A program made the position numbers and the translations under genes. A DNA stretch of 64,000 nucleotides from an uncultured Planctomycetia bacterium (GTDB lineage: Bacteria; Omnitrophota; Gorgyraeia; 2-02-FULL-51-18). Each line of letters starts with the position of its first letter. Within the stretch, counting starts at the first letter, position 1. Below, piece by piece: positions 60,178 through 64,000 of this stretch. Where the stretch lies: positions 9,034 to 73,033 of the forward strand of contig CAYODQ010000003.1 of assembly GCA_964402785.1 (NCBI GenBank), read 5' to 3'. The notes beneath the pieces were generated by a model that did not search any database, was not told where the DNA came from, and worked only from the letters and a program-made list of their open reading frames with translations.

Positions 60178-61548
60178 TTATTTCTTAATTTCAAATACCA
60201 ACTTATCCACAAGTGATTTCGTCTTTTGATCTTTACGAACATCCTTCTTAATTTTTTCATAAGCATGCAAAATAGTGGTGTGATCGCGGCCACCAAATTG
60301 ATCCCCTATTTCAGGAAAAGAAAGGGATGTCATTTCACGCGATAAAAACATGGCGATATGGCGCGGATAAGCCACATTTCTAGAGCGCCTCTTAGCCGTC
60401 ATGTCTGAAGGGCGGATTTCAAAATACTCAGCAACCGTTCTCTGAATAAGATCCACCGTGATCTTTCGTTGAGTCTCGACAATCATATCTTTTAGGACAT
60501 CTTGCGCGACAGACACGTCCACATTCTTTCCGACAAGCTTAGAATAGGCCACGACACGGATCAGAGCACCCTCTAACTCACGAATATTGGACTTGATCTT
60601 ATCGGCTATGAAAAATGTAACCTCATCTTGTATGTCTAAATTTTCTCTCTCCGCTTTTTTTCTAAGGATCGCTGTCCTCGTCTCAAAATCCGGCGCTTGG
60701 ATATCCGTGACAAGCCCCCACTCAAAACGGGATATGAGCCTTTCTTCTAAGTTGGAGATCTCTTTGGGCGGTTTATCACTTGAGACGACGATCTGTTTGT
60801 GTGCATCATAAAGAGCATTGAATGTATTAAAAAATTCTTCCATCGTCGCTTCTTTACCGGCGATAAAGTGAATATCATCGATAAGAAGAGCGTCGAGATT
60901 TCTGTATTTTTCGCGAAATTTCATGGTCGTGCCGGTTTTGATGGCATTGATCAGCTGATTGGTGAATCGTTCACTGGTGATGTATAGAATACGAGCCGAA
61001 GGATTTGTCCTAACTATTTCATGTCCAATAGCTTGCATCAAATGCGTTTTTCCCAAACCAACCGGGCCATAAATAAAAAGAGGATTGTAGGATTTGGCCG
61101 GAGACTCGGCTACAGCCAGAGACGCTGCATGAGCGAATCGATTGGAAGGCCCCACCACAAAACTATCAAACGTGTACTTTGAATTCAGAATATTTTCAGG
61201 CTGTATCGAAGGCCCAGCCGAAATGGATGGAGAAATGTGCGGTTGAGCAGGTCTTTCAGGAGCATTTTGAGATGGTACGGGAACGGAAAGGACTTGAAAA
61301 TGAATTTGCGGCTCAGAAGATCCAATGATCTCCGCCAAACAAGCCGACATCATCCCGCCATAATGATCAACGATCCAATTTTTGAAGAAATCGTCGGGAA
61401 CACCCAAAGTCAGCGTGTGCTGGTCAAAATCCACCACACGTATAGGCTGTATCCACCTCTCAAAGGCGTGTTGAGACAGCTCCTTTTGAAGGTTTTCGAG
61501 TATTTTCGACCATATATCGGTGGCTGGCTGTTGCGTAATGTTATCCAC
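60178..61548 (-). CDS. dnaA: Chromosomal replication initiator DnaA
   Basis: YTFDSFV, GPVGLGKT, LIDDI, SRFEWGL, GGRDHTT. Confidence 0.98.
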   Translation of the reverse strand: MDNITQQPATDIWSKILENLQKELSQHAFERWIQPIRVVDFDQHTLTLGVPDDFFKNWIVDHYGGMMSACLAEIIGSSEPQIHFQVLSVPVPSQNAPERPAQPHISPSISAGPSIQPENILNSKYTFDSFVVGPSNRFAHAASLAVAESPAKSYNPLFIYGPVGLGKTHLMQAIGHEIVRTNPSARILYITSERFTNQLINAIKTGTTMKFREKYRNLDALLIDDIHFIAGKEATMEEFFNTFNALYDAHKQIVVSSDKPPKEISNLEERLISRFEWGLVTDIQAPDFETRTAILRKKAERENLDIQDEVTFFIADKIKSNIRELEGALIRVVAYSKLVGKNVDVSVAQDVLKDMIVETQRKITVDLIQRTVAEYFEIRPSDMTAKRRSRNVAYPRHIAMFLSREMTSLSFPEIGDQFGGRDHTTILHAYEKIKKDVRKDQKTKSLVDKLVFEIKK

Positions 61549-61681
61549 AGAAAAGCTCTTTTATTTTTTGATTATATGAACAAAAATTTTATAACACATT
61601 GAAATATAAAGAGTTATGAACTTTAAATGTTATCAACAGGAAAACATTTAATTATCTGAATATATCCACATGTTATCCACA
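61541..61681. promoter_or_regulatory. DnaA box cluster upstream of dnaA
   Basis: TTATCCACA at 61541 and 61673, ATATCCACA at 61662, TTATCAACA at 61630. Confidence 0.85.
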
Positions 61682-61803
61682 GGTAGACAACATCGTCCGT
61701 GTTGAAGGGATTATAACAAGCACCCCCCTCAATTGCAATAGCTTTTTGAGTTGGCTTGCATTTATCTTGACTCGACTGTTGCCTATGTTATAATCCAACC
61801 CCT

Positions 61804-61941
61804 ATGAAAAAAAATCTAACAAGAAAATCAAATAGAAAAAGACTTCGTACTCACGGATTTAGAAAGAAGATGAGAACGAAGGATGGCCGCAACGTTATCA
61901 AGCGTCGCCGCCAAAAAGGACGTAAGAAGCTCACGGTTTAA
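61804..61941 (+). CDS. rpmH: 50S ribosomal protein L34
   Basis: [45 protein letters not shown]; TTGACT-N16-TATAAT upstream. Confidence 0.96.
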   Translation: MKKNLTRKSNRKRLRTHGFRKKMRTKDGRNVIKRRRQKGRKKLTV

Positions 61942-61944
61942 GTT

Positions 61945-62217
61945 TTGCGTTCGATGGATGAGCGCTGGCTTAAGGTAGTGGTCTCAGATATCAAGACCAA
62001 ACCACCCAAGCTGTCCGGTAAGATCCTGATCTCTATTCCCAAAAAGGTCATTGCCAAAGCAGTTTCTAGGAATCGAATCAAGCGGGTGCTTCGCGTGGCG
62101 GTTCTTTCTATGATCAAGCCACAGCCTGGCCAAGCCTATTATTTGAAGGTGGTTCGTGAACCCAAGATAATGAACGTTCACGCGGCAAAACAAGCTTTGG
62201 AGAAGGCTCTCGGATGA
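61945..62217 (+). CDS. rnpA: RNase P protein component (short, divergent)
   Basis: SIPKKV..KAVSRNRIKRVLR (RNR motif); synteny. Confidence 0.8.
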   Translation: MRSMDERWLKVVVSDIKTKPPKLSGKILISIPKKVIAKAVSRNRIKRVLRVAVLSMIKPQPGQAYYLKVVREPKIMNVHAAKQALEKALG

Positions 62218-62441
62218 AAAAAGTGTATGCATGGTTGATCTACTTTGCCTCCTCTTTTCTTAAGATGGGTCAATATTCCACTTGCCGCTTCCACCCGACC
62301 TGCAGTGCATATGCCGTTGAGGCACTCGAAAAAAGATCATTTATGGATGCGCTGGCGATGATCGCCAAGCGCCTATTTCGTTGTCACCCATGGTCTTCTG
62401 GCGGGTCTGACCCCGTAGAGCCAAAATTTCAGGAGCTGTGA
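62214..62441 (+). CDS. yidD: Membrane protein insertion efficiency factor
   Basis: CRFHPTCSAYA...RCHPW..GG.DPV. Confidence 0.93.
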   Translation: MKKVYAWLIYFASSFLKMGQYSTCRFHPTCSAYAVEALEKRSFMDALAMIAKRLFRCHPWSSGGSDPVEPKFQEL

Positions 62442-64000
62442 TGGAAAAAAGAACTTTGATCGCCCTAGGATTATCTTTCTTGATCTTGTCTTCATATCCC
62501 ATGTTGATGCGGAAAATGTACCCAGATTATTATAAAAAACTAGACGCGGCGCAGTCGGTTAAAAAATCCGCAGCCAATAGCCCAGAGCCCACGGCGAGCA
62601 AAACACCCGCAGTGGATGGCCCGCGGGTCACGGCGACTCTCAAAGCCGGGAGTCTTTTGCCGGAGGATGATTTTTCATTCAAGAATAGCGGCGTTGATCT
62701 GGTGTTCAATAAAAAAGATGGCGCCATCAGACAGGTTGGTTTTGTGCGGTACCCGGATGCGGAGTCAAAAACACCCACAAAATTATTATCGTTGAGAGAT
62801 TCCGGAGCGACCCTGACATCTCTCGGCATCATTGAAGGCGGAAATTTATCCATGATCTTGGATCATGAAAGCTCGGTTAGCGGAAACGATGTTCGTTTCA
62901 CATCCAAATCTCAGGGGCTCAAAATCCAAAAGTCGTACGCATTCAAAGAGCCCTACGGCGCAGATCTTTCAGTCACATTTGAAAACACATCCGGCGAAAC
63001 ACGTTCCGTGGCTTATGAATTGATCGTGGGCTCGGGTATCCATCCGCGCAATTCCATCGACTCTCAGTACATCGAAGCGAATTTTTTCTCAGAGCTAGGT
63101 GATAAAAAAACGCTGCGTCATATCAAAGAAAACCGTCTTGGCAAACAAGTGCCCAGTCAGGGTTTTGTGAAATGGGTCTCCGTGAAAGACAGGCATTTTT
63201 CGGTTATTGTGATGCCCAAAACAGCGCAGAATTTCACAGGGCTTGTACGTGGCTTGGGCCACAATGATCTATCCGCTAGCCTTATCGCTTCCCCTGTTTC
63301 TATCCCACCGGGAAGCTCTGTTACGCACGATTTTACGCTGTACATAGGCCCCAATGAATTGGAATATTTGATGCCGTTAGGATTAGAAGAGCTTGTGAAC
63401 TTCGGTAAATTCGACGGGATCGCGCGTTTTTTTGTCGGAGCACTCGAGCTCCTCTATAAGATCTTTAAAAATTATGGCATTGGCATTATCGTTCTTACGA
63501 TCCTGATCAACGTTTTCCTTTTCCCCTTCACTCGCGTAAGTTACATGTCGATGAAGCGTATGCAGTTGGTGCAACCCCAGATGAATAAATTGCGCGAGCA
63601 GCATAAAAATAATCCACAGCGCCTCAATAAGGAAACAATGGAGCTGTACAAGAAACACAAAGTAAATCCGTTCGGCGGATGTTTGCCGATGATCATACAA
63701 ATACCGATCTTTGTTGCGCTGTATGTGGCGTTGTCCAAGTTTGTGCCGCTGGTGAATGCAAAGCTGTTGTGGATCAAAGATCTATCGGCTCCTGATCGCG
63801 TTTATTTGCCTTTCACTCTCCCCTTTGTCGGGAATTATTTTCATCTACTTCCCCTGCTGATGTGCGCCGGCATGTTTTTCCAGCAAAAAATGACCGGCAT
63901 GACGCAGTCCAACGATCCGCAAATGGAAGCGCAGCAAAAAATGATGGGCATTATGATGCCGATCGTATTCGGATTTATTTTTTATCAAATGCCTTCAGGC
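62441..64000 (+). CDS. yidC: Membrane protein insertase YidC (3' end outside window)
   Basis: MEKRTLIALGLS start; YIGP, NYGIGIIVLT, ELYKKHKVNPFGGCLP, LWIKDLSAPD; synteny. Confidence 0.95.
   Translation, partial: MEKRTLIALGLSFLILSSYPMLMRKMYPDYYKKLDAAQSVKKSAANSPEPTASKTPAVDGPRVTATLKAGSLLPEDDFSFKNSGVDLVFNKKDGAIRQVGFVRYPDAESKTPTKLLSLRDSGATLTSLGIIEGGNLSMILDHESSVSGNDVRFTSKSQGLKIQKSYAFKEPYGADLSVTFENTSGETRSVAYELIVGSGIHPRNSIDSQYIEANFFSELGDKKTLRHIKENRLGKQVPSQGFVKWVSVKDRHFSVIVMPKTAQNFTGLVRGLGHNDLSASLIASPVSIPPGSSVTHDFTLYIGPNELEYLMPLGLEELVNFGKFDGIARFFVGALELLYKIFKNYGIGIIVLTILINVFLFPFTRVSYMSMKRMQLVQPQMNKLREQHKNNPQRLNKETMELYKKHKVNPFGGCLPMIIQIPIFVALYVALSKFVPLVNAKLLWIKDLSAPDRVYLPFTLPFVGNYFHLLPLLMCAGMFFQQKMTGMTQSNDPQMEAQQKMMGIMMPIVFGFIFYQMPSG

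Overview
Bacterial chromosome segment from a diderm (autotransporter, outer-membrane protein, lipoproteins). It ends at the replication origin: yidC-yidD-rnpA-rpmH / dnaA-oriC-dnaN-DUF721-gyrB-gyrA, with no recF. The rest holds housekeeping and stress genes (pckG, dps, USP, short pyk, ADH, P-type ATPase, ogt, tspO, OYE, tex, N-domain-less clpB), tRNA-Glu with structured repeats, an autotransporter/AraC pair, two type II TA modules, a sulfur-handling operon and a metal-uptake operon. The most notable items are: (1) an AT-rich, tightly coupled five-gene cassette (37.2-42.1 kb) encoding a small helical protein, a tandem RNAP alpha-CTD/sigma4/HTH protein, a MORC-like GHKL ATPase, an unknown protein and a Dam-like methylase, bracketed by an inverted 24-bp motif and lacking a recognisable nuclease; (2) an Lgt-like gene coupled to a Tes/GDGT-MAS-like radical SAM gene; (3) an unannotated 41-aa metallothionein-like ORF; (4) a CxxC/RPP leader peptide ahead of the metal-uptake operon; (5) three CRP/FNR-type boxes with identical class II promoter geometry. 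All family calls come from reading motifs by eye, not from database searches.
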